DNA from: Dehalococcoidia bacterium
Lineage (GTDB): Bacteria; Chloroflexota; Dehalococcoidia; GIF9; AB-539-J10
Assembly: GCA_046497565.1 (NCBI GenBank)
Contig: JAWOFK010000057.1
Location: 2,096-66,095 of the forward strand
Reading direction: 5' to 3'
DNA: 64,000 nucleotides
The notes under the pieces were generated by a model. It was not told the origin of the DNA and ran no database searches. It saw only the letters and a list, made by a program, of their open reading frames with translations. Within the stretch, counting starts at the first letter, position 1. Each line of letters begins with the position of its first letter. The translations under genes were made by a program, and so were the position numbers. Shown here one piece after another: positions 8,666 to 17,371 of the stretch.

Positions 8666-10054
8666 CTAACCCTTCTCTTCCTTCCACCACTTCTTCAGCC
8701 TGGCGGCAATCTCTTTTTCATAGCCCTGGTCGCCGGGGATGTAATAGCGTTTTCCCTGGAGGGAGGGCGGCAGGTTCTGTTGGCTGACGAAATGGTCGGG
8801 GTAGTCGTGGGCATATTTATAGCCCTGTCCATACCCCGTCCGACGCATGAGGTCGGTTACCGGGTTACGCAGGTGGAGCGGCACAGGCTCATTTCGGCCA
8901 CGCTGTACATCCTGTTGGACCCGGGAATACGCCCGGTACAACGAGTTGCTTTTGGGAGCAGCTGCCAGATAGACCACTGCTTGCGCTAAAGCCAGGTTCC
9001 CTTCGGGTAAGCCCACGAAATGCACTGCCTGCTGGGCGGCTACCGCTATCACCAGCGCCTGCGGGTCAGCCACGCCGACATCCTCGGAAGCAAAGCGTAC
9101 CAGGCGACGGGCAATGTAGAGAGGGTCTTCGCCGGCTTCCAGCATACGTGCCAGCCAGTACAAAGAAGCATCCGGGTCGGAGCCGCGTAACGATTTATGC
9201 AGTGCCGAAATAAGGTCATAATGCTGGTCACCACTCTTATCATAGAGTAAAGCACGATGCTGTAGCGCCTGTTCAATGGCCGACAGGTCTATCGGCCGCA
9301 AGCCCTCGCCGTCAGGCAAAGCAGCAGACGCTGCCATCTCCAGAGCGTTCAACGCCACGCGGGCATCCCCGTTAGATGCGGTGACCAGATGCCCCAGAGC
9401 CTCCTCGCTTATGCCGATCCGGAGCTTACCCAGTCCTCTTTCTCCATCCTGAATGGCCCGCTCCACGATGAGCCTGACCTCTTCATCGCTCAGCAGATTC
9501 AACCGAAAGACCCGGCAGCGGGAAAGAAGCGGAGCGATGACTTCGAAGGAGGGGTTCTCTGTAGTCGCCCCCACAAAAGTCACCGTGCCGCTTTCCACGA
9601 AAGGCAATACGGCATCCTGCTGCGCCTTATTGAAGCGGTGAATCTCATCAATGAAAAGAATGGTCCGCTGGCCTGATACTTTTAGCCTCTTTTTAGCTTC
9701 GGCAATAACATGGCGCAAATCGGCCACCCCCGCACTCACGGCGCTCAAAGGGCTGAAATGCGCTCTGGTGATGCTGGCGATAATATGAGCCAGAGTCGTC
9801 TTGCCGCTACCCGGCGGTCCCCAGAAAATCATGGAGGGCAACTGGTCCGCTTCAATACATTTGCGAAACACCCTTCCCTCGGCAACCAGATGCTCCTGTC
9901 CCACAAACTCGTCAAAGGTCTGCGGCCGCATCCGTGCCGCCAGAGGCATTCCGGGAGGCAAATCCTTTTCCGCCGGCAGTTCAAAAAGAGGCATCCTGTC
10001 CATCAATAAAGCCCTTCCAGTTTCCTTGTACGATACAGTTCCATCAGTCTCCAT
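8666..10054 (-). CDS. rarA: replication-associated recombination protein A (AAA ATPase)
   Basis: Motifs are Walker A GPPGSGKTTLAHIIA, ILFIDEIHRFNK, ATTENPSFEV and the MgsA C-terminal domain. The track start at 10078 (MQSGRSND) lies inside a REP unit, so I use the METDG start at 10054. A later start at MDRMPLFE is also possible. Confidence 0.9.
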   Translation of the reverse strand: METDGTVSYKETGRALLMDRMPLFELPAEKDLPPGMPLAARMRPQTFDEFVGQEHLVAEGRVFRKCIEADQLPSMIFWGPPGSGKTTLAHIIASITRAHFSPLSAVSAGVADLRHVIAEAKKRLKVSGQRTILFIDEIHRFNKAQQDAVLPFVESGTVTFVGATTENPSFEVIAPLLSRCRVFRLNLLSDEEVRLIVERAIQDGERGLGKLRIGISEEALGHLVTASNGDARVALNALEMAASAALPDGEGLRPIDLSAIEQALQHRALLYDKSGDQHYDLISALHKSLRGSDPDASLYWLARMLEAGEDPLYIARRLVRFASEDVGVADPQALVIAVAAQQAVHFVGLPEGNLALAQAVVYLAAAPKSNSLYRAYSRVQQDVQRGRNEPVPLHLRNPVTDLMRRTGYGQGYKYAHDYPDHFVSQQNLPPSLQGKRYYIPGDQGYEKEIAARLKKWWKEEKG

Positions 10055-10125
10055 GTCATTGCTTCGTCCCGATTGCATCGGGGCGAAGCAATCTCCCGAG
10101 GTTGCCCCGCTGCGCTCCCAATGAC
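10055..10125. repeat. REP-like family 1 pair (forward then inverse)
   Basis: GTCATTGCTTCG-TCCCGATTGCATCGGGG-CGAAGCAATCTC is followed by ...GCTGCGCTCCCAATGAC. Confidence 0.8.
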
Positions 10126-10157
10126 GGCTCGCTTTGCCAAACAGTCTCCCAATATCT

Positions 10158-10676
10158 CTACTTGAACCTTCTCACCTGAAAGCGATAGAGCTTGACCGGC
10201 TCACCAATTGATATTCCCGCCTTGAGCCGACAGATAGCAATCTGTTCCTCCACGCTATCGACCCCCTCCAAATCGGGCAACAGAAGTCCCTTTCTCAAAC
10301 CACTCTCCACGATAAGGCCATATTCCCTGTGATCAAGCTGGCCGATATCCGTGACCGGCTCGGGCTCAGTGAGGATGTCCACGCTGTACTCCAGGTCGTC
10401 AAGCTCGGACGCAGCTACCGCGGGAAAGCGGGGGTCCCTGGTAGATGAACTGATAGCGTTGGCAATGATTTCCTCAGCCACATTATCCCTGGTCGGCTCG
10501 AAGGTGCCGACGCATCCTCTCAACTCCCCATGTTTGTGAAGTGAAACGAAGACCCCCGCCCGCTCCCTCATTTCCGGAGTTAATTGCTCCGGCTCGGGAA
10601 TTTTGCCCTCTCGCACATAGCTTTCCACCGCCTCCTTTGCCAGCTCCACCACAGGATGAAGTCCCTCTTCTGCCAT
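10158..10676 (-). CDS. AMMECR1 domain protein
   Basis: It carries the AMMECR1 signature [11 protein letters not shown]. The ATG at 10676 lies 5 nt after a GGAGG SD; the track start (GTG at 10682) lies inside that SD. Confidence 0.85.
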   Translation of the reverse strand: MAEEGLHPVVELAKEAVESYVREGKIPEPEQLTPEMRERAGVFVSLHKHGELRGCVGTFEPTRDNVAEEIIANAISSSTRDPRFPAVAASELDDLEYSVDILTEPEPVTDIGQLDHREYGLIVESGLRKGLLLPDLEGVDSVEEQIAICRLKAGISIGEPVKLYRFQVRRFK

Positions 10677-10721
10677 AAGCACCTCCCCTAGTTGCCTGAT
10701 TTATCAGGCCCTTCGCTTGTT

Positions 10722-10808
10722 GTCATTGCCAGCACCTGAAAGGTGCGCGGCAATCTCATGCCCCTCACGAGATTGCTTCGTCCCGGTTAAATCGGGACTC
10801 GCAATGAC
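10722..10808. repeat. REP-like family 1, two units in inverted orientation (large palindrome)
   Basis: GTCATTGCCAGC-ACCTgaaAGGT-GCGCGGCAATCTC is followed by an 11-nt spacer and then GAGATTGCTTCG-TCCCGgttaaatCGGGA-CTCGCAATGAC. Confidence 0.85.
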
Positions 10809-10843
10809 AAGGTGGGCACACAATAAATTGGGCAACTGCATTT

Positions 10844-11857
10844 CTAGCCCGGTCTGAAATTGAGCCCGGCCCCGCAGAATTCACATTTAGAGCCATCCAA
10901 CCCCACCACGCGGGTATCATAGCCCGTCCTGCGAACATTCAACATGCCACAAGAATAACACACAGTGTTTTCGTAGTCGTGCCCTGGCACATTCCCCAGA
11001 TAAACGAATCTCAGCCCGGCTTCTTTCCCGATCCTGTAGGCCATCTCCAGAGTGGATACCGGAGTAGCTGATAGATGGTTGAATTCGTGCAGAGGATGAA
11101 AGCGAGTCACATGCCAGGGAGTTAGTTCACCCAGGTCACTCCGAATCCAGTTGGCAATGCCCTTAAGCTGCTCCTCGTCGTCATTCATGTCGGGGATGAT
11201 ATTGGTTACCACCTCAACATGCATATCCCATTTCTCTTTGGCCCGCCTGGCTACGTCCAGAATGCCCCGCCACTGAGCGATTTTGGCCAGCTGGCGGTAG
11301 AACCCGTCAGTGAAGCCCTTCACGTCGACCCTCCAGGCATCAAGCCAGGGCCCTATGGTATCCAGGGCCTCAGGCGTGGCATAGCCATTGGTCACATAGA
11401 CAGTGTATAGACCATTCTCCTTCGCCAGCTTTGCTGAGTCCAGGGTATATTCAAACCAAATCGTCGGTTCGTTATAGGTCCAGGCAATGCCCTGGCAATT
11501 GTTTCTCCTGGTCAGCTCTATCTCTTTTTCCGGGAGCAATTGCTGAGAGCCTGGCGGAATATCAACACAGGAGATCTCCCAGTTCTGACATCCCCTGCAA
11601 TGAAAATTACACCCCCAGGTGCCCAAAGAAAAGGCATAGGTGCCGGGGAAGAAATGGAATAGAGGTTTCTTCTCGATATGGTCGGCTGCCATTGAGGATA
11701 CCTCGGCATAATTCATGGCATACAGCGCGCCATCCCGATTGATGCGCATACGGCAGACGCCGAGCTTACCGGGATTGATAAGACACCTCCACTGGCAAAC
11801 GTGACACCTCACCATGTCACCGGGGAGTCTCTCATAGAGCAGCGCCTCCCTTTCCAT
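10844..11857 (-). CDS. AmmeMemoRadiSam system radical SAM enzyme
   Basis: It has the radical SAM cluster motif CNFHCRGCQNWEIS and an N-terminal CHVCQWRC. Length and C-terminal Cys pairs fit this family, and it is adjacent to AMMECR1. Confidence 0.85.
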   Translation of the reverse strand: MEREALLYERLPGDMVRCHVCQWRCLINPGKLGVCRMRINRDGALYAMNYAEVSSMAADHIEKKPLFHFFPGTYAFSLGTWGCNFHCRGCQNWEISCVDIPPGSQQLLPEKEIELTRRNNCQGIAWTYNEPTIWFEYTLDSAKLAKENGLYTVYVTNGYATPEALDTIGPWLDAWRVDVKGFTDGFYRQLAKIAQWRGILDVARRAKEKWDMHVEVVTNIIPDMNDDEEQLKGIANWIRSDLGELTPWHVTRFHPLHEFNHLSATPVSTLEMAYRIGKEAGLRFVYLGNVPGHDYENTVCYSCGMLNVRRTGYDTRVVGLDGSKCEFCGAGLNFRPG

Positions 11858-12003
11858 CGCTTATCATTATACCACTGCGAGCTAGCCCGACATAATCGCA
11901 GCTCCAATCATGGTATCACACGAAGTCGCACAGCTCTAATAAAACGAACATGTAGAAGGCATTTTGTATCCCGCCACCCTGGGACGGGGACTAAATCCCT
12001 GCG

Positions 12004-13593
12004 TTACGACCTGTCAATATACACGCGGCTCAGGTCGGGAATACCCAGGAGGCTGAGCTGGTAGCCTTTGACATAAGGCCTCATCAGGATATAGTTGGCG
12101 CCATGCCACAGGGGAAGACAAGGAGCGTCAGCAACTATCAATTGCTCGGCTTGCCGGTACATATCCAGGCGGACGGCGCTGTCCTGTTCTACGGCTGCCT
12201 CGTCAAGCAAAGCGTCCAGGTCGGGGTTGCTATATTCGAAGGCATTATTCTCTCTCCCGGTATAGAACAGGATATCCAGGAAGTTATGCGGGTCGGGGTA
12301 ATCGGCTATCCAGCCCAGTACAAACATCTCGTCCCTTTCTTGCTTCAGATTATAAATGAAATTCTCTGATTCCAGTTGCCTTACTGAGACCTCCACGCCG
12401 AGGTTCTGATGCCATTCCTCGATGATGGCGCCCAGATAATCGGGAATGTAGTTGCCATAGCCGGAAACAGTTATTGTGATGGGAGGCAAATTCGAGACAT
12501 CTCCGTATCTTGAAGCGGCAATGAGCTCTCTGGCCCTTTCCACATCGTAGTCCAGTCCCTCAAGAGCTTCGTTATAGCCAGGCATACCCGGAGGCAAAAT
12601 GCCCTCGGTTTCGGTTACCATGTCCCTCAATGTCAACTTAGCGATACGCTCTTGATCCACGGCATGAGAAAAGGCATAGCGAATATTTACGTCGTCGAAA
12701 GGAGGGTCAGCAGTGTTGAAGCCAATATAATAAAGACTGAGTTCAGGTGTTACGGCTAACTGGGGATAAAACGGGCTGGTCTCGTCACGCACCCAGTAAA
12801 TGTAACCCCCATAAACCGGAGCGACGTCAATGTGCCCCAGTTCATACATGGCCATAGGTGGATAGGCCAGATAGTAGACGACCTGCTCCAGTTTGGCCAC
12901 ATCGCCATAGTATGTCTCATTGCGCTCCAAGATCAGTCTTTCTCCTGATTCCCATTCCTTGAGCTTAAATGGCCCGGTGCCGTCTGGCTCACGCCACCAG
13001 TCCTTCCCGAACTCCACATTAGCTCTATCAACGACAAAGGCGGTGGGATAAGCCAGTTTGTTCAGGAAGTAGGCCCTGGGAGCATCAATGGTAACCCGAA
13101 GAGTGTAGTCGTCGATAACTTCCACGCCGGAGATTTCTCCCGTGTCTCCCGCCAGCATATCCCCGGCGCCAATGATATCGCCCAGATAGGTAGCTGCGGT
13201 ACCGGAGCCGGTGTCGGGGTGGCAGGCTCGCTCCCACGAGTATTTGAAGTCGGCAGCTTTCACTTCCCTGCCGCTATGAAATTTCACTCCCTGGCGCAGG
13301 CGGAAGGTATATGTCCTGCCATCGGGACTTCTCTCCCAGCTCTCAGCAATATCGGGCACTATCTTCAGCTCATGGTCAAGGCGGACCAGGCCAGAAAAAA
13401 TATGCACGACGTAAGTATAGGAGGAGAAGTCGGCAGCGGTGGCCGGGTCAAGCGTTATAGGGCCGCTATCCCAGAGACGGAGGACGCCTTCGCCGTCGGA
13501 AGGAAGTAGCCACGACAAACAAGCAGTTGAAGGAAAGAGCAATAAGACAGCCACAAGAAGAGCTACTGCCGCACGCCGCCAATTACTCTTCAC
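12004..13593 (-). CDS. ABC transporter substrate-binding protein, family 5 (peptide/nickel type)
   Basis: The signal peptide has a possible lipobox (LLLFPSTAC). Family-5 SBP-like sequence runs throughout (FHSGREVKAADFKYSWER, DYPDPHNFL). The GTG start overlaps the upstream stop (GTGA). No permease or ATPase genes are nearby. Confidence 0.85.
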   Translation of the reverse strand: MKSNWRRAAVALLVAVLLLFPSTACLSWLLPSDGEGVLRLWDSGPITLDPATAADFSSYTYVVHIFSGLVRLDHELKIVPDIAESWERSPDGRTYTFRLRQGVKFHSGREVKAADFKYSWERACHPDTGSGTAATYLGDIIGAGDMLAGDTGEISGVEVIDDYTLRVTIDAPRAYFLNKLAYPTAFVVDRANVEFGKDWWREPDGTGPFKLKEWESGERLILERNETYYGDVAKLEQVVYYLAYPPMAMYELGHIDVAPVYGGYIYWVRDETSPFYPQLAVTPELSLYYIGFNTADPPFDDVNIRYAFSHAVDQERIAKLTLRDMVTETEGILPPGMPGYNEALEGLDYDVERARELIAASRYGDVSNLPPITITVSGYGNYIPDYLGAIIEEWHQNLGVEVSVRQLESENFIYNLKQERDEMFVLGWIADYPDPHNFLDILFYTGRENNAFEYSNPDLDALLDEAAVEQDSAVRLDMYRQAEQLIVADAPCLPLWHGANYILMRPYVKGYQLSLLGIPDLSRVYIDRS

Positions 13594-14015
13594 TGACCAC
13601 CATCCGCAAAAAGAGACTGTAACGCGGCGAACAATTCAGAAGGCGTCGGGCAACTACGTGCCAGCTTCTCAAAAGGACATAGGTCCGTACCGTCGTAGTT
13701 AGAGATATAAGGGACCACGTTCTTACTGCTGACGGTCACCCCTTGCCCCTTCAGTATGTCAAGTGCTCCCTGGCTCGCTATGCCAGCATATACCGAGGTT
13801 ATCCGGGCATGAAGGCAAAGCATGGCTACGGCCGAGCCGACTATGCGGTCAGCCACCACAGCATTATGTAAACTATTGCCCATAGTCTGGATAGCCTGAA
13901 AGAAGGGCGCCACTCCCCGCTCTTTAGAGGTGAAGAGAACCTGTCGCCCTTTGACAATGACGAGATTCAATTTTTCTTCATCCAGAAGAGCGCGGGCCAG
14001 TTCTATATCTTCCAT
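13590..14015 (-). CDS. DUF1893 (TM1506-like) protein
   Basis: It is ~140 aa with RIVGSAVAMLCLHARITSVYAGIASQGALDILKGQGV...DLCPFEKL, as I remember DUF1893. Confidence 0.65.
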   Translation of the reverse strand: MEDIELARALLDEEKLNLVIVKGRQVLFTSKERGVAPFFQAIQTMGNSLHNAVVADRIVGSAVAMLCLHARITSVYAGIASQGALDILKGQGVTVSSKNVVPYISNYDGTDLCPFEKLARSCPTPSELFAALQSLFADGGQ

Positions 14016-14098
14016 GTTACTTCGTATAGCGTCCTAAACAATGCTCAAAGCCTGAGAAAAATCATTTTCTTCCTTTCCAGGTTTGTCATTTTGCATTT

Positions 14099-15202
14099 TT
14101 ATTTTTGCTCTTTTAGCTGGTATTCGCTGCTGCCCAGGCCAAGCTCCTGAGCAGCTCTTATTTGCACCAGGCTGTCCGTGCCGTTTATCTCGCCCAGTAT
14201 ATCAGGGGGGCTCACATGGGCAAATTTCCCTACAGGCTTGCTTTGAGCAATCAGGTCCAAAGAGGCCTTGTCAACAGCTACCACATCTCTGGAGGCGAGG
14301 ATGCCGATATCCGGAATTACCGGCAGGCCTGAGGGCGCGGCGCAATCACATAACGGAGTTACGTCCTGGACGAAATCGATGAAAGCCACTTTGGGGTGAA
14401 ATCGACTTAACACTGCGGCGGCAGCATGAGCCAGGCAAGTCTGAAACATCTCTTTGGCGCCGGGAGGTGAGGAAAATACCCCCTCCGGGCAACGTAAGTC
14501 GCAGAAGTTACAGCTCATACATTGCTCCTCGTCACGCACTATTTTCTCCTCCACCAAACATAAGGCTTTGAAGACACAAACTTCGACACACTGTCCGCAG
14601 CCCGTGCATTTGGAGATGTCGATGACAGCACGATTCACCCGGTGCTGAGCAGCCTTCGACTCCTTGGTAACGCAGCCCATGGCCACATTCTTGATAGAAC
14701 CGCCAAAGCCAGATAGGTCATGCCCCTTCACATGAGAAAGCACTATCATGGAGTCGGCACGGGAAATCTCGCCGGCTATCTTTATCTTGTCCAAGGAGCA
14801 ATCGGAAACCCGCCCCGGGATGTCCACCCACTCTCCATCATAGCCTTGCTCCCCATCGGCGATAATGACGGGCGCTCCCACCGATTCCTCGGTGTAGCCA
14901 TTGCAGGCTGCCGTAGCCAGGTATTGGCTGGCGGTGAACCTCCTTACAGGATAAAGAGTAGTGGTATCCGTGACAAACGGTCTAGCTCCAGCTTCTTTGA
15001 CCAAATCACACACCCGGCGTACTAACGAAGGTCGAAGATAGAAGCTACCGCCATATTCTCCCATGTGGACCTTCACCGCTACCGAATCACCCCCGGAGAT
15101 AACACTGGCTATTCCAGAGAAAAGGGTCCTCAACCCTCTGAGAAAAGTGCCGCTTCCACCATAGGGAAAAAAGAAAACCTCGCTTCTTTGGCTAGCCTTC
15201 AT
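14099..15202 (-). CDS. DUF362 domain Fe-S protein with inserted 2x[4Fe-4S] ferredoxin module
   Basis: Cys motifs are CTGCGQCVEVC and CMSCNFCDLRCP, within DUF362-like flanks. The ATG at 15202 lies 8 nt after an AAGGAG SD; the track GTG start lies inside that SD. Confidence 0.75.
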   Translation of the reverse strand: MKASQRSEVFFFPYGGSGTFLRGLRTLFSGIASVISGGDSVAVKVHMGEYGGSFYLRPSLVRRVCDLVKEAGARPFVTDTTTLYPVRRFTASQYLATAACNGYTEESVGAPVIIADGEQGYDGEWVDIPGRVSDCSLDKIKIAGEISRADSMIVLSHVKGHDLSGFGGSIKNVAMGCVTKESKAAQHRVNRAVIDISKCTGCGQCVEVCVFKALCLVEEKIVRDEEQCMSCNFCDLRCPEGVFSSPPGAKEMFQTCLAHAAAAVLSRFHPKVAFIDFVQDVTPLCDCAAPSGLPVIPDIGILASRDVVAVDKASLDLIAQSKPVGKFAHVSPPDILGEINGTDSLVQIRAAQELGLGSSEYQLKEQK

Positions 15203-15320
15203 GACACTCGCTCCTTTCACCTGGCTCTGCGATAGGGGGCTGCCCGATAGTATATTTCACGAATTGAGACCCGGTACAACGGATGCTCAAAGAGTGCTTG
15301 TTTGCCATTTGCCATCAGCT

Positions 15321-16010
15321 TCAGAACAGATTCCTGGCTTTCAGGCTTAAGTGACTCCTATCGCAGACGATGATATGGTCCAGGACGTCAATGCCTATAA
15401 TCTCACCAGCTTTGGCCAGCCGCTTGGTCAACTCAACATCCTCTTTGGATGGCTCCGGGTCACCCGAAGGATGATTGTGCACAAAGATTACCGAAGCGGC
15501 GGAGGAGGAAACCGCTTCCTTAAACACCTCACGGGGATGGACAATACTGGTATCCAGACTGCCCATGGAAACTGACCTGCAATTTATTAGCCTGTTTCTG
15601 GTATCCAGGCAAAGTACCAGAAAATGCTCCTTCTTCTTGCCTCTCAACTGGCTCCTCACTGCGGCAGCCACATCTTCCGGGGCCTTGAGCACCGGCTTGG
15701 GTTTCTCACCGGCATCAGCTTCCAGCCTCTTGCTCAATTCAACCGCAGCTTTAACCTGCGCTGCCTTGGCCAGCCCGATGCCAGTTATCTTGGTCAAGTC
15801 CTCTACGGAGGCATTGGCAACGCCCTTGAGATTACCGAACCGGCTCAACAGCTTCTGGCTGGTCACCATGACTGACTCACCTCTGACTCCTCGACCCAGA
15901 ATTAGGGCTAAGATCTCCTGGGCAGACAGAGCTTCGCCGCCCAGCTTCAGCAGCCTCTCCCTGGGGCGCTCGCCAAGTGGCAAATCGTGAACGGTAAAGG
16001 AGTCCTTCAT
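15321..16010 (-). CDS. radC: RadC-family JAMM protein
   Basis: It has an N-terminal HhH and the JAMM motif HNHPSGDPEPSKEDVELTKRL. Confidence 0.9.
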   Translation of the reverse strand: MKDSFTVHDLPLGERPRERLLKLGGEALSAQEILALILGRGVRGESVMVTSQKLLSRFGNLKGVANASVEDLTKITGIGLAKAAQVKAAVELSKRLEADAGEKPKPVLKAPEDVAAAVRSQLRGKKKEHFLVLCLDTRNRLINCRSVSMGSLDTSIVHPREVFKEAVSSSAASVIFVHNHPSGDPEPSKEDVELTKRLAKAGEIIGIDVLDHIIVCDRSHLSLKARNLF

Positions 16011-17371
16011 AGCCTATCTTCTTCGTTAAATTTGGGAGACGACCTTCGCCAGGAACCTTTCCTCAAAACCAGGACACCCCCCAAAGCTGCTACTACGGCT
16101 AATGCCGCTAACACGGCAGGCAGGACGGGATGAGATTCCCACGCTCCGCTCCCAATGACTGTGCCGGCTGACAGCGTCGCTCGCCAGTTGGCATCAAGCC
16201 CATCTAAATCAAAACCATAAACTTCGGTCAAGGCCTCATCATGGGTGCTACCCTGCTGGAAGAGAGTCAACAACTCCAGCATCTTGTCCTGTCCGTAATT
16301 ATCCAGGAGATATTCCACGAGGCTATAGCTCTGGGCATAGGAAAGGCGAGCTTTCTCAGTCTCGGCGGAAAATGGGCCACACAGGCTGAGTACTGAGATG
16401 AGTTCGTCTTCAAGAATAGCCCTTTCCAGGGAGGAGCGGAGAGAAGGGGTAAGCTCACCCTCGTTGTACGTAGCTAACCCTTCATCAAGCCAGGTCGGAA
16501 GCCGCCCATACGGGCCAAAAGTTGCTTGATAAACAACCAGATGCGTTAACTCATGAACCAGGGCCCGCTTGCCCCAATCAAGTCTCCCCGGTGGAATACC
16601 GATAGCGATCGTACTAAATTCAGGAAAAGCGACCCCGCCAGTCCATTCTTGAGGAAAAATCATGGCTCCCTGCAAATCGCTGGCGGACGCATAAATGTAT
16701 ATCTTGATGGGCCGTTCCGGATGAGTGCCGATTTCCTCAGTCAGCCTGGTAAGCCCGGCCTCGCAGACATCCATCAGGTCTCGTGCGAAGGAAGAACCCC
16801 CTTCGTACCAGAAAACGGTCAGCTCATCACCCTGAGAAATCTGCGACTCTGACACGAACCCACTACTGGTCAGGCTCTGCCAAACATAGCGATCATCATC
16901 AAAATGCATTGTCTCGGGATAGGTCTCCAGCCTGGTCCCTTCAGCGTCCTTAATCACCCACCAATATATGACTTCAGCACCGGTGGGCAAGCTCGCTTGT
17001 CTCATATCCCACACCCAACCGGCATCTATTCTGGTTGCCGGAGTAAAGTCAGCCCAGCCCTCACTGACAACTTCAGCGTACTTCATCTTGTCCACCTGGT
17101 AACAAAGACGGACATCAACAATATCAGCGCTGCTCTCAGCTTCAAGAGTGAACATAGCCTGGCGGGGGAAATCTATCTCTACATCGCTAGCTAGAACCGT
17201 AATACCGGCCTCGGCCTGTGTACCTGTCACCGCGAGCCGAAGCTCTGAGCCCGGCGACGTGTCCATTAATTCCCCGCCAAGCCTGTATTGCGCGAGATTA
17301 TTCGCCCCCACGGAAGCAGGGACCAGCAGCAACAGCAAAGTTACAGCGATCAACGCAAGACGTCTAATCAT
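16007..17371 (-). CDS. secreted/membrane-anchored HExxH zinc metallopeptidase (peptidase-MA-like)
   Basis: The signal peptide is MIRRLALIAVTLLLLLVPASVGA. The metal motif is HELTHLV. A C-terminal TM segment (VLPAVLAALAVVAALGGVLVL) is present. It overlaps both neighbours by 4 nt. Confidence 0.7.
   Translation of the reverse strand: MIRRLALIAVTLLLLLVPASVGANNLAQYRLGGELMDTSPGSELRLAVTGTQAEAGITVLASDVEIDFPRQAMFTLEAESSADIVDVRLCYQVDKMKYAEVVSEGWADFTPATRIDAGWVWDMRQASLPTGAEVIYWWVIKDAEGTRLETYPETMHFDDDRYVWQSLTSSGFVSESQISQGDELTVFWYEGGSSFARDLMDVCEAGLTRLTEEIGTHPERPIKIYIYASASDLQGAMIFPQEWTGGVAFPEFSTIAIGIPPGRLDWGKRALVHELTHLVVYQATFGPYGRLPTWLDEGLATYNEGELTPSLRSSLERAILEDELISVLSLCGPFSAETEKARLSYAQSYSLVEYLLDNYGQDKMLELLTLFQQGSTHDEALTEVYGFDLDGLDANWRATLSAGTVIGSGAWESHPVLPAVLAALAVVAALGGVLVLRKGSWRRSSPKFNEEDRL

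Noticed and set aside
2479-10808. Possibility that the recurring GTCATTGCGAG-type repeats are a CRISPR array
   Set aside because: The units are palindromic, occur in both orientations, are irregularly spaced over tens of kb and are separated by genes. There are no regular spacers and no cas genes.
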